DNA of 64,000 bases from Octopus bimaculoides (GCF_001194135.2 NC_068991.1:80194395-80258394), one strand, 5' to 3'; positions 38,754 through 52,394 are shown, numbered from the stretch's first letter. The notes: a model not told the origin generated them from the letters alone. A program made the numbers and translations.

Positions 38754-38815
<62 letters not shown>

Positions 38816-39726
38816 GGATGGAGATAGACGTGACACTTGTTTTTGTCTGTAAAATTACTCTCCAACGTACAACAGCATCCGTTTCATTACGCTTTTTCTC
38901 AAGAATATTAGAAAATAATATAATGTCTGTTTTGACGTATGACTCTTCGAAGTTTGTATGCAATGATGAGAGGAGGAACCTAACTTTTCTGTTCCGTTTC
39001 TTCGTGCTTAAAGGAGGGAAATATCAGGAAAACAGACGACACTCATCCATTCTCTCAAATCATAGGCCACCAAAAAGCGCAAGTTCTAGTTCAACCCCAC
39101 CCCCATAGCATTCGTACTTAACCAAATTCACAAACTCTACCATTCCAACAATTCCTTTAAACTTTGGCTTTACCATAATTATCTCTGTAGCAACTTCAGC
39201 TATTAAATCTCCGATGTCTTTCCAGCAATGTTTTACCATCCTATCTAATTTGTGGCACTAAATCGATTCTACACAAATTCCTTTATCTATTTCATGAATA
39301 TATTTATAGAGCAGAATATTTATTGCAATTTCTTCGGTTCGATCTTCATTTTTGATTCCATTGGAATACAAACACGGTTATTACATTTTATTTTGGTGGG
39401 AAGCTTTCGCCACTAAAATTGCATAATGAAATATCATTTAGTTATGAGGTACTCTGTCATCTGATATTTATCAAGGACATATTTGTGAAGGTTCTGCTAG
39501 AACTGTACATTATAACTATCATCTTCCACCAGATGTGTAACCAGCATCCTGCTATATCAACGCTTGTTACTAAAATTTAAATCCTTAATCAACTTCCAAA
39601 TAGTTTCTGCTCTTCAGTTCTTATTCTAATTCTTGTCGTGTTGATCCAATCAAGTAGAAAGCATGACATAAAAGCATAAAACCAATACCTTCCTTCTTCT
39701 CCTATTATTACTATTATTATTATTAT

Positions 39727-39782
<56 letters not shown>

Positions 39783-39924
39783 TATGAAAACTCACAGCTT
39801 ATTTTGCTGGGTATGATGGAAAGGGTCATGTTTACTGGTCATGCCTCAAGAACCCTTCGAAGAACTCTTCCCGGAAGCTCGCTGTTTGTTATTCGCTGCG
39901 GTATTCTTTCATTAGAACGCAGGG

Positions 39925-40107
39925 GAAACTGCTTAGTATCATTCCGTCCGTCTTTACCTTCAAAGTTCAAATTTGGCTTAAGTTTAGGGTTAAGGTCGAC
40001 TTTACCTTTCATTCTTTCGGGGTCGATAAAGCAAATACCAGTTGAGGACTGCAGTCAACGTAATCGTCATATCCCGTCCCCCGAACTTCCTCGCTTCGAG
40101 CGACAAT
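39925..40107 (+). mobile_element. SINE family A, degenerate
   Basis: AAAGTTCAAATT...AGGTCGACTTTACCTTTCATTCTTTCGGGGTCGATAAAGCAAATACCAG. Confidence 0.65.
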
Positions 40108-40918
40108 TTGATACTTATAGTAGTAATAGTAGCATCATCATCATCATCATCCTCACCACCAGCAGCAGCAGCAGCAGTACTAGTAGTAGTAGTAGTAGAC
40201 AATATTCGATGTTTTGAAATGTGTTTCGATGTTTAATTATGACGAGGTGGCAGAATCGTTGGAGCCGTGGGGGAAAATTATTTGCGTTATTTCTTTTGGG
40301 TCCTTTGTGAGTCCAAATGCTGCTGTGGAGAATTGTTGTCTTTCATCCTTACACAAATCGATAAAATAAAGTATTAGTGATGACGATAATTTAAACGACT
40401 GTTACCGGCTTCCTAATATTTCTGGTTTTATGTACGAAACTACTTCTAACATTAGCTGGCCCTTAAAGAACTGAATAGGTTGGGCTCGCAACAACAACAT
40501 CAACACCAACACCAACACCAACAGCCTTGCATTTGCATTGGGATTTCGATTCAGGAATCGATAATGATTGCTGTGATTTCTTCGTTGATTAGTTAGATTT
40601 ATCTTTAATTGCCAGGATCCAAAGTTAATGTCCATCTTCTAAAGAGAGCTACATGTCCAGTATCAGCAGAATAATTCTTAATTGGATGAAATATATCGGA
40701 GATAATTGCCATCAATTACACTTATTGCAGGATGTGATTCATTTGAAATATAGCAACTTTCTTGAAGCTGTGTTTATAATTTAAAATGAAATCAATCATT
40801 TAGTGACAATTTTAAACAGATCTCATCTCTCCCTCTCCTTCTCTCCCTCTCCTTCTTTCCCTCTTTCTCTCCATTTCTCTCTCCCTTTATAAATATATAT
40901 GTATATTTACACACACAT

Positions 40919-40955
<37 letters not shown>

Positions 40956-40975
40956 GTGTGTGTAGGTATTTAGAC

Positions 40976-41063
<88 letters not shown>

Positions 41064-41320
41064 TGCATATATATATATATATATGCATGCATGTGGTGAA
41101 TAGATGTAATTTTAGACAGACTAATTTTCCTATACATCAATTTGCTTCTACGCGTATTTCGCTGTCATTTATACAGCTACCTCATAATTTAAAATTTTGT
41201 AAACACTGTTCATTAGATATATTATTTTGAAAGTAACTTTATATATTTAATTTATGTACACTTACATACATACATACATACATGCATAACAAAGCAAAGT
41301 TTCATTAACTTTTGTCTCAG

Positions 41321-41329
41321 GTAGAGTTG
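41321..41329 (+). CDS. Possible 9-nt microexon (phase 1-1; completes RRV)
   Basis: TTTTGTCTCAG acceptor directly followed by GTAGAGTTG and a GTGAGT donor; phase-compatible with the 32220 exon. Such short matches can arise by chance. Confidence 0.25.
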
Positions 41330-41490
41330 GTGAGTGTGAACTCATTTTTCTCCTTACATTTTATTGTTGAAGTTAACCATCCGATATTGTGGCGCATGTT
41401 GTTGATGTTTTCTTCAAGTTTTGTTTTCCATCTTGGTTGTTTCCGTTTACTAATTTAGTTACTTTGGTCATTTTAGATTTCACCTACGTG

Positions 41491-41726
41491 TTCTTATTTC
41501 TTTACTACCCACAAGGGGCTACACACAGAGGGGACAAACAAAGACAGACAAGCGGATTAAGGCGATTATACTGACTCCAGTGCATAACTGGTATTTATTT
41601 AATCGACCCCGAAAGGATGAAAGGCAAAGTCGACCTCGGCGGAATTTGAACTCAGAACGTAGCGGCAGACGAAATACTTCTAGGCATTTCGCCCGGCGTG
41701 CTAACCACTCTGCCAGCTCGCCGCCT
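41491..41726 (-). mobile_element. tRNA-derived SINE family A, near full length
   Basis: Reverse complement AGGCGGCGAGCTGGCAGAGTGGTTAGCACGCCGGGCGAAATGCC...GAGTTCAAATTCCGCCGAGGTCGACTTTGCCTTTCATCCTTTCGGGGTCG. Confidence 0.9.
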
Positions 41727-41931
41727 TTCTCCTAGGTTTTCTTTAAGAGTAGTAGCTGTTGTGTATACAAGAGTATTTATATTCCAGTAATTAATTTCAC
41801 ATGATTTCATTCATTTGCATATGCATATGTGTACATACACACACACACACACACACACATACACACACATACATATTCATATATATATATATATATGTGA
41901 TCCTGTGTGTTCCTTCTGTCCGGCATTTGCC

Positions 41932-42132
41932 ATGATAGATCGCTGACCATTACATTTAAATTTTTTTTCTCCTTGTTTCTCTCCTTGTTTCTTTCTGTGT
42001 TCCTTTCAGTTGAAGAGTGTAGGCTCGAAACGTCAAAGACTTTCTCTATTCCCGAGCGTTAAACTAATACATCCATTTGTTGTTTACACCACCTGTCTTC
42101 GTCTGTTGTTTTTTTTTTGTAAATTCTCCCAT
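41932..42132 (+). mobile_element. Second copy of the about 200-bp pLTR/retrozyme-like element, with degenerate HHR at 42003-42038
   Basis: CUUU-CAGUUGA-A-GAG-UGUAGG-CUC-GAAAC-GUC-AAAG; both ends run into (TA)n; homologous to 26526-26719. Confidence 0.7.
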
Positions 42133-42551
42133 ATATATATATATATATATTTGTTCGGGTTTTTCTCTTTGATCTTTCATCACTGATTTATTTCATCTGT
42201 TACCTGATTTTTGCACCTGTCTCTTATTACATTCTATACATCTAACTGTATCTATGAAACATTCAGCAGGTTAGCTCTGATTAATTTTCAGAACAATCTT
42301 CACGAATCTGACATTGTCATAGATCTTAACAGTTTAGTAGTTCCTAGTGACTATGATGTTTCATCTCGTCTATATTGTTTTATTGTAAAGTTACGTTTGG
42401 TCATTCATAAAGGCATTGGTTATAAAGTTCTAAAGAGCCAGTAAGTGGATAGGGAGTGTCTGGAATTTGACGCAGAGCAAATATATGTAGTAACGTCTTT
42501 CATATGGTACCAGTTTTCTTTTATTTTCTCTTGCGGATATTTACATCATTC

Positions 42552-42746
42552 AAGGCGGTGAGCTGGCAAAAGTGTCAGCACGCCGGACAAGGTGCTTAGC
42601 GGCATTTCGTTCGTCTTTACGTTCTGAGTTCAATTTCTGCGAAGGTTGGCTTTGACTTTCATCCTTTCGGGGTCAATGAAAATAACCACCAGTCGAGAGC
42701 TGGGGGTCGATGTAATCGATGACTACTCTCCCCTGAAATTGCTCTC
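42552..42746 (+). mobile_element. tRNA-derived SINE family A
   Basis: AAGGCGGTGAGCTGGCAAAAGTGTCAGCACGCCGG...GAGTTCAATTTC...CATCCTTTCGGGGTC. Confidence 0.85.
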
Positions 42747-44488
42747 TCGTCTCTCTGTACCCAACACTGAACGTTTTTGTGTCTGCTGTCAGCTCTTCCT
42801 TCTCCCTCTAGATTTTTTTCACCCTTCTTCAAAATCTCTTCTCACTTGTAAGGTCTCCATTCTTCATCTATCTTTCTCTTTTTCTTTCAGTCTTTTTTCT
42901 TAATATTGCTCTTTCTTCGTTAATCTAAATCACCACAGTTCTTCGTAATCCTTGATATATTTTTTTATATCCTTCTGGTGTTTAAATGGCTATTTATTTA
43001 TGATCAGCAATTTTCTCCCTTTTAAACTCAAATTTCAGCAGCGTTTTGCATTACAATGTAACATGATACGATATTTTCTGTAATGACAAATGGAAGTTTG
43101 TAAAGAAATAGTAGTAAATACACAGGGAGACACATACGTGATACAATCTACATCATTTATAAGCTGCAAATATAGACTAAGCATATCCAGGCCATTAGAA
43201 GACAACTCAAAATTCAATGAAATAAGTATGAATTATAAGAAAATTGATTTGAGGATTTCAGAAGAGATAAAAGAAAATATCAAATAATATACTTGATTGA
43301 TAAACGTTCTCCAATGAAACCTTTGATAGAATATAACCTCTGGATAATAACGACATATTTCAAGAAGCACAAGTGTTCGCTGAATTGGTGCTTAATTCCA
43401 ATTTCTCTTATGCAGATGAAAGGCAGTCCTAGTTATTTGTCGTCAAGCATGAAATATAATATAATTTAGATTTCTCTGAAGAGTCAGTAACAACTCTCAC
43501 CTTGTATTTCAAACATTGAAATTTCTATTTTTATTCTTCCCCATCGCATACATTCAAAGTAGCATTGTTGTTGCGCCAAATAATATGCATTCATAGTAGC
43601 ATCGTTTCAGTTAACTTGCTTAGAGGTGTTAGCGATTTGTATTAATGTCAATGTATTTCATCGTTTACCGTATATTTTGAAATACACACTCACACACACA
43701 GAGAACTCAAAATATGAGTATATGTATATTTTCATTAATATTTGGCAAAAGTAACAGAATGACCCAAGGTTTGAGAGTTCCGTGCGTTGGCCATCGCACG
43801 AAGCTCTCGGACCATACAACATAGCTAATGCCTATCCGCTATCAGATAACCATCTTCAGAATAGCACTCGTGTTGTCTTGATTCCTCATAACAATTATGA
43901 ACAAATATGGATCGGTGAGAAGATAATCTTACTGCTATTCCAGCAAACACACATTCTCTTGCTTCTTGCGCATTTCAAGCTTAATCGAAATGCACATTGC
44001 TTAATCTTTGAACAATTCGTTCAGTAGTGGCCTCATTACAGTGCAGAAGTTTTTGTTGCCTGAGCAGAGTTCTCTTCCAGTATGTCCTGTGGTGTAAGAT
44101 TGTCTTCAATACCTCCAACTGCTTTCGTTTATCTTGAGATACTCGAATTGTCACATTGTCTTCCGGGTTTTCTTTTCTGTCTCGGTTTTTTTATCGATAT
44201 GCCTTTGTCCATTTCCTTGTTTGTTTCCTTTCCAAACATCTTTTTTAATCCATAATGGATAATTATAGAAAAAGAAATTAAAAAGAAAAACTGGCTTGAT
44301 AGGCACATCAATGTACTTTTAGTTAATCAATTGCTTTTTAAAAGAAAATTCTGTATTATTTCTGCTGTAATAAGGGTGTGGATATTGTAACAAAAACAGA
44401 CAACAATAATACACAACAAGAAACTGCTTTCATTAAGCAGAAAGGATAATTTTTCAGTATCTTGTCTTATACTCTACATAATTTTAAG

Positions 44489-44629
44489 AAAAGTAAATGA
44501 AATGAATCTGTCAAAAAATTTCTACGGAACAAATGTGAAGATACATCATAGCATTTTTAGGAAAGACAAAGACCGTCTTCTTCAGGCAGAGCTTCAAATG
44601 AAAGAATCATTGCAAAAAAAAGTATCAAA
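44489..44629 (+). CDS. Putative internal exon encoding a coiled-coil-like segment (KVNEMNLSKNFYGTNVKIHHSIFRKDKDRLLQAELQMKESLQKKVS)
   Basis: GTAAGT donor at 44630; frame open well upstream; candidate acceptors at 44457, 44488 or 44560, so the 5' boundary is uncertain. Confidence 0.5.
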
Positions 44630-46005
44630 GTAAGTCACTTGATTTCTAGGAAGCAATACCTCACCCATCAACACATCTCAATGCGAAAATATTTCAGAAA
44701 CATTGAAGTTCAAATTCTTTCTGAAAATCAATGCTAAAATGTGACAGATACACACTTGCTGCTATTTTGATAGATGTTTGCGAATAGTAAAAAGACTATT
44801 CTAGAATATAAATAGGTCATCTAAAACAGAACTTAAAAGGTATCAGTGAGAAACTTCACCAGAAATAGACAATCGCTCAAATGACTATATTGCTGTTGAG
44901 AGTATAAGTATCTCAGTTGTATATTTCAAGAAAACAGTCTCTTTGAGATGCCGTTTATTCCAGCAGAGAATACTCCATATTTTTTGTGTGGATATCAGAA
45001 ATGTATGCGATACACTGACAGAAACACAGAAACATTAACGTGATACATAGCTTCTTTCTGAATGAAAGTATCTGCCAAGAATAGCATGTTATGAAGAAAA
45101 GCCGTTCTTGGTTACGACAGTCTCAAAGGATATAACGACGAAGTTTGAGGAAGATAAATGTTTCTGGCTGTAAAACGAGAAGAAATACTCCAAGCCATTT
45201 TATCAATATATCTATCCATGCCCTGGTTAGTTCGTACGTACCAACCAAGTAATTCTACGGATACCTAAGAATGAACAAAGTATATTATACGATGGCAGTT
45301 GTAACTAGGAACGCATATATGGGAAATATTACAGTCCAGTACAAACAATTATGGTCCTCGTAGTTCTCTTAACACAATCTCTCAGAGATCCACGATGTGC
45401 CGCATGTACTCATACCAGTATTTAACAACTCGAGTGAGCGTCAAATGAGATTCAAGACATTGCTGTAAATACGGAAATACGAACTACCGTTAGAAATTTC
45501 TGAATATAGCACCGTATCTCTTCAACAAACGTGAAAGTGCTTCCATGGATTATCTATGAATATACGAAGCAACCAGAACCATTAAAGCTCAAAAATATTG
45601 TGGGACTGATAAACAGAAATTAGCACTTACACAATTTGTACAGTTCTATTGCATCTGAACGGCAACTAAAAAGTTTACTGCGCTCTTTAATCGGCTGAAC
45701 ATGAGTTCGCATGACAAAATATGGATGTTTGAACATGGAAATATGCAGATGGCAGCCAGACATCCTTTCAATCCAGGTAGTAATTTATTGATGCAGCGAG
45801 ATTCTTCTCGTTTCATCAATAAATCAGTTCCGTACATTCTAATATTTGCAGCAGCCACGGGAGGTAATTCAAATAGATCAATAATCCTACTTTGTTTTCG
45901 TGGCCGATATCATTTCTTCCCGTTCATCGCAGAAAAGAATTTTTTGCAGAATTATTATTCTCTTTCCTGTCTATGTTTTACTAACTGTAGCTCTAATATA
46001 TATAC

Positions 46006-46044
<39 letters not shown>

Positions 46045-46500
46045 TGTGTGTGTGTGAGCGAGAGAGAGAGAGAGAGAGCGTGTGTGTATGTGTGTGTATG
46101 CATGTATATATATGTATATGCATGTATATATATGCATATATATATATATGTACATATATATGTATATATATATGCACATTGTAAACATTTTTTGCAAAGA
46201 TATTTCAATGCATATATTTAAAACAAACAAACAAAAAAATCATCCCCGATACTTCGATCAGCAGATCCAACTCCAAAACACGACAAAAGGAATTAAACAA
46301 AAGTTTGAAAAAAGGTATATCGTTCGCCAGGCACTGAAAACATAGCATTGTGGGAAAATTGAAATATGTCAATCGCAGACATTAATTCTAGCACCTCTAT
46401 TTAAAACGTTACCTAAATATTTCATCAAAAACAGTATATATGCATGCATGCATATATACAACATACATACATAAATATGTACTTGCATAAGCATACATAC

Positions 46501-46532
<32 letters not shown>

Positions 46533-46733
46533 NNNNNNNNNNNNNNNNNNNNNNNNNNNNNNNNNNNNNNNNNNNNNNNNNNNNNNNNNNNNNNNNNNNN
46601 NTCTTATTGTTTTTTTTTTTTTATAATGTATAAAGAATTTTTTTAATATAATAATAAAAAAACCTGAAAACCAGACTGCTTTAACTTTATTCAACTGATA
46701 TATAATTCTATACACATTTACACAGATTCAGCA

Positions 46734-46789
<56 letters not shown>

Positions 46790-46795
<6 letters not shown>

Positions 46796-47090
46796 CTCTT
46801 ATTCCACGTGGGCAGCAACGAAAGAACTCCATCTCCTGCAAGAGATTTCGCATCCTCTCAGCTCAACTCCACTACATTTCGATTCTTCAGAACTGTCTTC
46901 TTCCATGTTATTAATTGGCGTCCATGTTTCCTTTTCCTATCTTCTAACCTCCAATCGACAGAGAGATTTGTGTGCCTTGCTAATGTCATTCTAGAAACAT
47001 GTCCAAGAAACCTCAGGCGACGATCTTTCACAATAATATTTAGTGGTTCCTCCTTGGTTCTTCTATATACTTCTAGCATCTCCCGCTAAG
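46790..47090 (-). mobile_element. RTE-clade LINE 3' end
   Basis: EVYRRTKEEPLNIIVKDRRLRFLGHVSRM...WRLEDRKRKHGRQLITW, then short UTR and (TC)n tail at 46748-46792. Confidence 0.85.
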
Positions 47091-47092
47091 CG

Positions 47093-48125
47093 CCAATAAA
47101 GGATAGAGATGGGACGGTGTTTATATCAGAAGACAATTAGAATGTAAAATGGGTGGAACACTTCAAGGAGGAACTAAACCTGCGAGACTCACCATCGCTT
47201 TTTCACACACATGTCCAAGATACTTTGGAACTTCTAGGTATAGAGACACGGGAGATAACTTTAGCAGTTCTTCTAGCTATAACCACACTCAAGTATTGCA
47301 AGGCATCGGAAGCAGATCATATTTCATCAAAATTACTGAAGCATGGAAATCGGAACCTCGAGCAACAGCCTGCCTGCCTCTTCAACACGGTCTGGGAATG
47401 AGATGTGCCGAAAGATTGGCGGAAAGGGGTGATTGTCAGGATACCAAGGAAAGGAAAGCATAGTAACTGTAGCAACCGGAGCTTGGTCACGCGACTATCA
47501 ATTGATAGTATACGGAGAAAGACAGTTTAGAAAATAGCTGAAATCTATGGAATTATTCAAAAGCTTATCAACATCGTCAAAAGCCGGTGCAAGGATTCAT
47601 TCTGCTGCACCAGAACAAGCAGTGATTGCACGGATCTCTTCGACACTCTCAGGAGTGCGCCAAGGCTGCATATTCTCTCCTCTACTGTTTCTACTCATAA
47701 CCGATTTTGTGATGCGAAAGGCCACAAACAACCTACATCTTGGAATAGGATGGAATACTTCTCGTTTGACGGACATGGATTTTACAGAAGATATTGCCCT
47801 TCTTGGCGAATCAGCTGAGAAAAGACGAAGGTCATGTCAGTGAAGGAAGAAAACTTCATAAACATTCAGGTAAATAACACACGTGCAGATGAAGTGGAGA
47901 GATTCATCTGCTTGGGAATCAGCGTTTTCAACAGGGGTGATACAGAGCAGAATTGGAAAAGCAGGTTCCGTCTTCGAGGGCTCAGAAACATCTGGTAATC
48001 TGATCAGACGATTCTAAGATGGGTTTGTACAATTCTTTGGTCATCGCAGTTGTCATCTCTGCCAGTGAAACAGCAGGACTCATCCACAATGATTTCCACC
48101 AAAGACACCTTCGAAAGGAATTCTT
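47093..48125 (+). mobile_element. RTE-clade LINE RT segment, inverted relative to its 3' end
   Basis: IKDRDG...WVEHFKEELN, KASEADHISSKLLK, SGVRQGCIFSPLLF, LTDMDFTEDIALL, ending at HQRHLRKEFL; many stops and deletions. Confidence 0.85.
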
Positions 48126-48130
48126 ATATA

Positions 48131-49651
48131 AACTGTACCACAAAAGAAACGTCGCACGCACACTAAATAGAAACTGGTTTATTAACAGACTGCCATAGCA
48201 TTGATTGAAGAGTGTTAATTAAGAAACCGTTCTTTCCTAATGATAAAACATCATTTCCTGAAATATGTTTGACGTTACATAGTGTCATGTGATGACGGAT
48301 TGTCCTGGATCCAAAGATATGAACTCAATATCTCGTGTGACCACTGTTAGCGTTGATTACCACCAGGTATCTTCTGTACATTGAATGCACCAAACGTTTG
48401 ATGAAGGCCACGGGGATAGCAGCCCACACTCTGTTAAAACTTGCGGTGATTTGTGCCTTAGTTGTCGGCCTTGGACGGATGTCATTTAACCTTCTTTGGA
48501 TTTCATCCCACAGGTGCTCTATGGAGTACATGTCCGGACTTAGGGCTATCATAGCAGTGTCTGTATGTTGTGCTGTTGGAGGAAATCTGTTGTCAACCTG
48601 GCAGTATGGGCACGGGGCGTTGTCCTGCTGGAACACGCGATTCTGATGACGGTCAAAGTATAACACAATGTGAGGCCTCAACACTTGGCCAATGTAGCAA
48701 GTAGCAGTTACTCCGTTGCCCCAGCTTTGACCGATGTTTTGGAAGAACACCGGTCCAAGTTTCTAGTTGAGTGCAATCCCGCTCCATATCATCATGACGC
48801 TCTGTCCTCTCCACCACACAACCATCGGCATGACGTTCGCCCCTTCTTCTCCAAATTCTAGCTCTGTCACTTGCCACAGAAATGCGACATAAATTTTTGT
48901 TAGAGAAGACTACAATCCTCCACAGCTGCTGTCGCCAGTTGTGACGTTTTTGAGCTCACTGCAGACGTACCCGTCGATTATTATCTGTGAGGACGGGGCC
49001 CCTAGCCGGTCGTTGACAAGACAGATTGAAAGATCTCTCTTCCCAAATGGGTCTGTGGTGAGCCCCTATGGTCTGCCTAGCTGATTCCGTTGCCCTCTGG
49101 AATCGGTCATTCATGTTCTATCGAAGTAGGTGGCGATCTTGACGTGATGTTGTAACCCTCGGTTGGTTACTGCGTGGACGATCATCCGAGCTGTTTCTGA
49201 CATTGTATCGTTCCCACAGCTGCACATGTGTCTGAATACTGCAGTTCAAGTCATTAGCAACGACCAATGGACTTTGACCAATATGAAGACGTCCGATGGC
49301 TTGCTCCCTCTGATTTCGTGTCAGTCTTGGCATTATTGGTGCGTTCAGGAAACGAATGACAGGCTGTTAAATTTCGGTGCCTTTTATACCCAAAATGTCA
49401 ACATTTTGACCCTGCATCATGTTTTTGATAAAGATGCGTTCGCGAGCATCAACATGTTCACAAAAAGTGAGCGAGTTTGAACCCGACATGCAATCCTTGT
49501 GTTTTTAAAAGAGAGTGGTGTTGTGGGTCAGTGATATCTTCCTGATGTCAAATTAGCTAGAAATGTGATAAAATCCATATAATTTCAATATCGCGTGTGA
49601 AACAAGTAAGCATTTACATTGACAGTGCGACGTTTCTTTCGTATTTCAGTA
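48131..49651 (-). mobile_element. Tc1-family DNA transposon, about 1.5 kb, with degenerate TIRs and TA flanks; transposase pseudogene 49333-48325
   Basis: AAAGAAACGTCGCAC (48143-48157) is inverted at 49625-49639; MPRLTRNQREQAIGRL...DRPRS..PRVTT..QDR, FQQDNAPC, ALSPDMYSIEHLWDE, INANSGHTRY*; frameshifts and stops. Confidence 0.92.
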
Positions 49652-49774
49652 TATATTTATATATATATATATAGATACATATATACACATGCGTTTGTGT
49701 GTGCGTGTGGGTGCGCGCGCGTGTGCGTATGTGATGTATTTGTGTGTGTGTAATATGTATGAATAAGAGGAAGG

Positions 49775-49812
<38 letters not shown>

Positions 49813-49884
49813 GGTGTGTACAAGTGTACAATCACATTTAAAATATATTTTTGTGTGTATATATAAATGTATATATGTTTATGC

Positions 49885-49927
<43 letters not shown>

Positions 49928-50901
49928 CTGTTTCCTTTCTGAAGGTCATTGTCACTAAATTTCTCGTTTTATTTGGAAATCATGGAATGAATCGATATTT
50001 GATGCTATTTCTATTCTTCCTCTAAGACCACACCCTTTGAAGGGTAGCTATAGAAAGTAGGCTTATATTGCTTACTTTCAATCAGAAAGCTAAATCAGCC
50101 ATTTATTTATTCATTTTTAAATATTCCGTCTGACCTCTTCAACATAATTACTTTCGTATTGAACATATTGCATCAATATTTTCTCATAATTTTATTGCTT
50201 CAATCCACTGAAACCATGCAAAACGATTTTGTCTCGTTGTAACTCTAAGCAGTTCTGTTGAGTGTAATGTCTGGATTGAGGAACACATGTGATATAGTAA
50301 TTACTTAGATAATCGAAACGGTTATTATCCTTGGACATATATGATTTTGAAATAACTGTCGTCGATAGGAAATAGAAGGGAAATGATTCTAAAGAAAACA
50401 TGAGAAAAAAAAACAACGTTTCTATATAATGTGAATAATGTAAGATTTCGATTCTATGTTCGCATTTGTGTATAACATACATTTCTTGTCACCTTTGAGA
50501 TCGGTTGTACTCTTTGCAATTTATTATATCGCTAGCTGTGATTGTTTATAACAAAAGCAATTTGTAATTCAGTAGATGTGATTGCTTACTACGAAACCAA
50601 CAAAGCCTGTAATTATTGGTACCTATACTTGCGATTGCTAATACCAGAAGTTGTGATTGTTGCACCAGGAGTAATTTGCAATAACAATAAATGCAATTGT
50701 TTGCAAATCTTGTAATATGTTACTTTTAATAGTTGTAATTGTTTAAAACTGATTGCTCTCAACGAATGCAATCTATTATAAGGATAGCTGTGAAGTTGTC
50801 GAATTAACTCAAATATTAAAGTAATATTTTGTGCTGATAACATGAGATAGTTGAACTCTTTATTGTTATGTCTTCTTGATTTTGTTATTGGGCTCAAGCA
50901 G

Positions 50902-50952
50902 TTCTATAGACCTTAAATTAAAACTTAAAAAGAGTCCCGCCTTTGGAACAAG
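50902..50952 (+). CDS. Possible internal exon (SIDLKLKLKKSPAFGT, ends phase 2)
   Basis: AAG|GTAACA donor; acceptor at 50901 (phase 2, fits the 44629 exon) or 50909 (phase 1); only this frame is open. Confidence 0.35.
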
Positions 50953-51619
50953 GTAACAGATTTTTGGTGTGATGAGGTAAATTACAAAGTTAAATCTTCG
51001 ATGATTCTGTCACTGGGATTTACTAATTTTGGTGAGTCGACAGAATCAGAATTTGGACTAAATATTGCAGGCTGTAGGCCAGTCCTCCACCGATATTTAT
51101 ATATTTGCGCATATAATGTTTAATAGCCAGTAATATATTCAACCAGGCTCTATCCTAGACGTCTTAATCCTATGACTGTCACAGGTCAACAGACACATTA
51201 GGCTAGAACTTAACAGTTTCGTGGCGTCACTACAATTTACGCTTGAACCTGGAACCAGAACATCGCTTGGTTGACTCCCAGCTGTTGTTCGTACTTGTAT
51301 TCAGTTGAGTGAAATGAGCAACGTATGTAATGCATCTTAGATTTTCAGCAAACTACAGTAGTTATATGTTAGTGAAATGTTTGTATATTTCTTGACATAC
51401 ATACGCCTCTTCACTCAATTAATTTAGTAATATATTATATAGAAAAGCAAAATATTATCTAGAATAACTAATTAGAATTCCTTATCACAACTAATTAACA
51501 ATGCCTTGTACGAATTCTTAATTAGTTTCGTTGCTCAACATTGTATCTTTTTATGCGGACGTCACAATAATTTTTATAGATATCAAATATCTCGTGCAGG
51601 CAAGCGATCAATCAATCAA

Positions 51620-51960
51620 ACCATTTATATTTTCCCTCAAGGAAATGCGGTAAGCACAGTTGTCCACGAAGTCTTGAGTTCGATCCCATTGCCTAACATC
51701 TTGAATAAATTTCCTTTTCTATAGCTGCGGGTCGGCCCATTTTTTGTGAGTGAAACTGGATGAGCAGACAGAAACTATATATAGGCCAGACTGGTTGAAG
51801 GTGTCTGTAATTCAAAAGTTACGGCCTTGTCACACACTGCGTCAAGTTGATTCTACCTGAGAATTACATTAAGGATACATATGTGTAGAATGCTCGATCA
51901 CTCTGCGTTAATTCAAGTCCAAGTAATTCATTTGAAGGAACAACTGAATCCTCATCGTCG
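51620..51960 (+). mobile_element. Degenerate SINE (family B-related head)
   Basis: GCGGTAAG...GAGTTCGATCCC B box, TATAGCTGCGGGTCGGCC...TTGTGAGTG; tail shared with 58050-58290. Confidence 0.5.
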
Positions 51961-52266
51961 AGTGATGGAGATCCATCAAAGGAAATGCGAATCTTGTTCT
52001 TTATCCTGAAATAAAGATTCGATTATCTGCAGTCACTATATTTCTCATTAATATGCAGTTCATATACTTTTCTTCTTTTACCTGCTTCAGGACACCGGAT
52101 TGCTACCATGCCGGATGACAACCCACCTTGGAACGTTCAATCAATCAACTCATTTCTGGCTCATAAGTCTGTTATATATTCTATCGGACTGAAAAATGCT
52201 TTGTGAGGGAATTTTGGAAACGGAAACGGTGCAAAAATCACTTGTTATGCGTGAGTGTGAGAGTCT

Positions 52267-52302
<36 letters not shown>

Positions 52303-52361
52303 ATTAGCGCTTTTAATACTGCAAACAAACACACTCACACACGCATACACACACACACACA

Positions 52362-52394
<33 letters not shown>

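Noticed and set aside
45631-45694. Minus-strand exon candidate PIKERSKLFSCRSDAIELYKL with GTAAGT donor, and the overlapping plus ORF 45659-46057
   Set aside because: No partner exons or recognisable homology; splice-like signals are common in AT-rich DNA.
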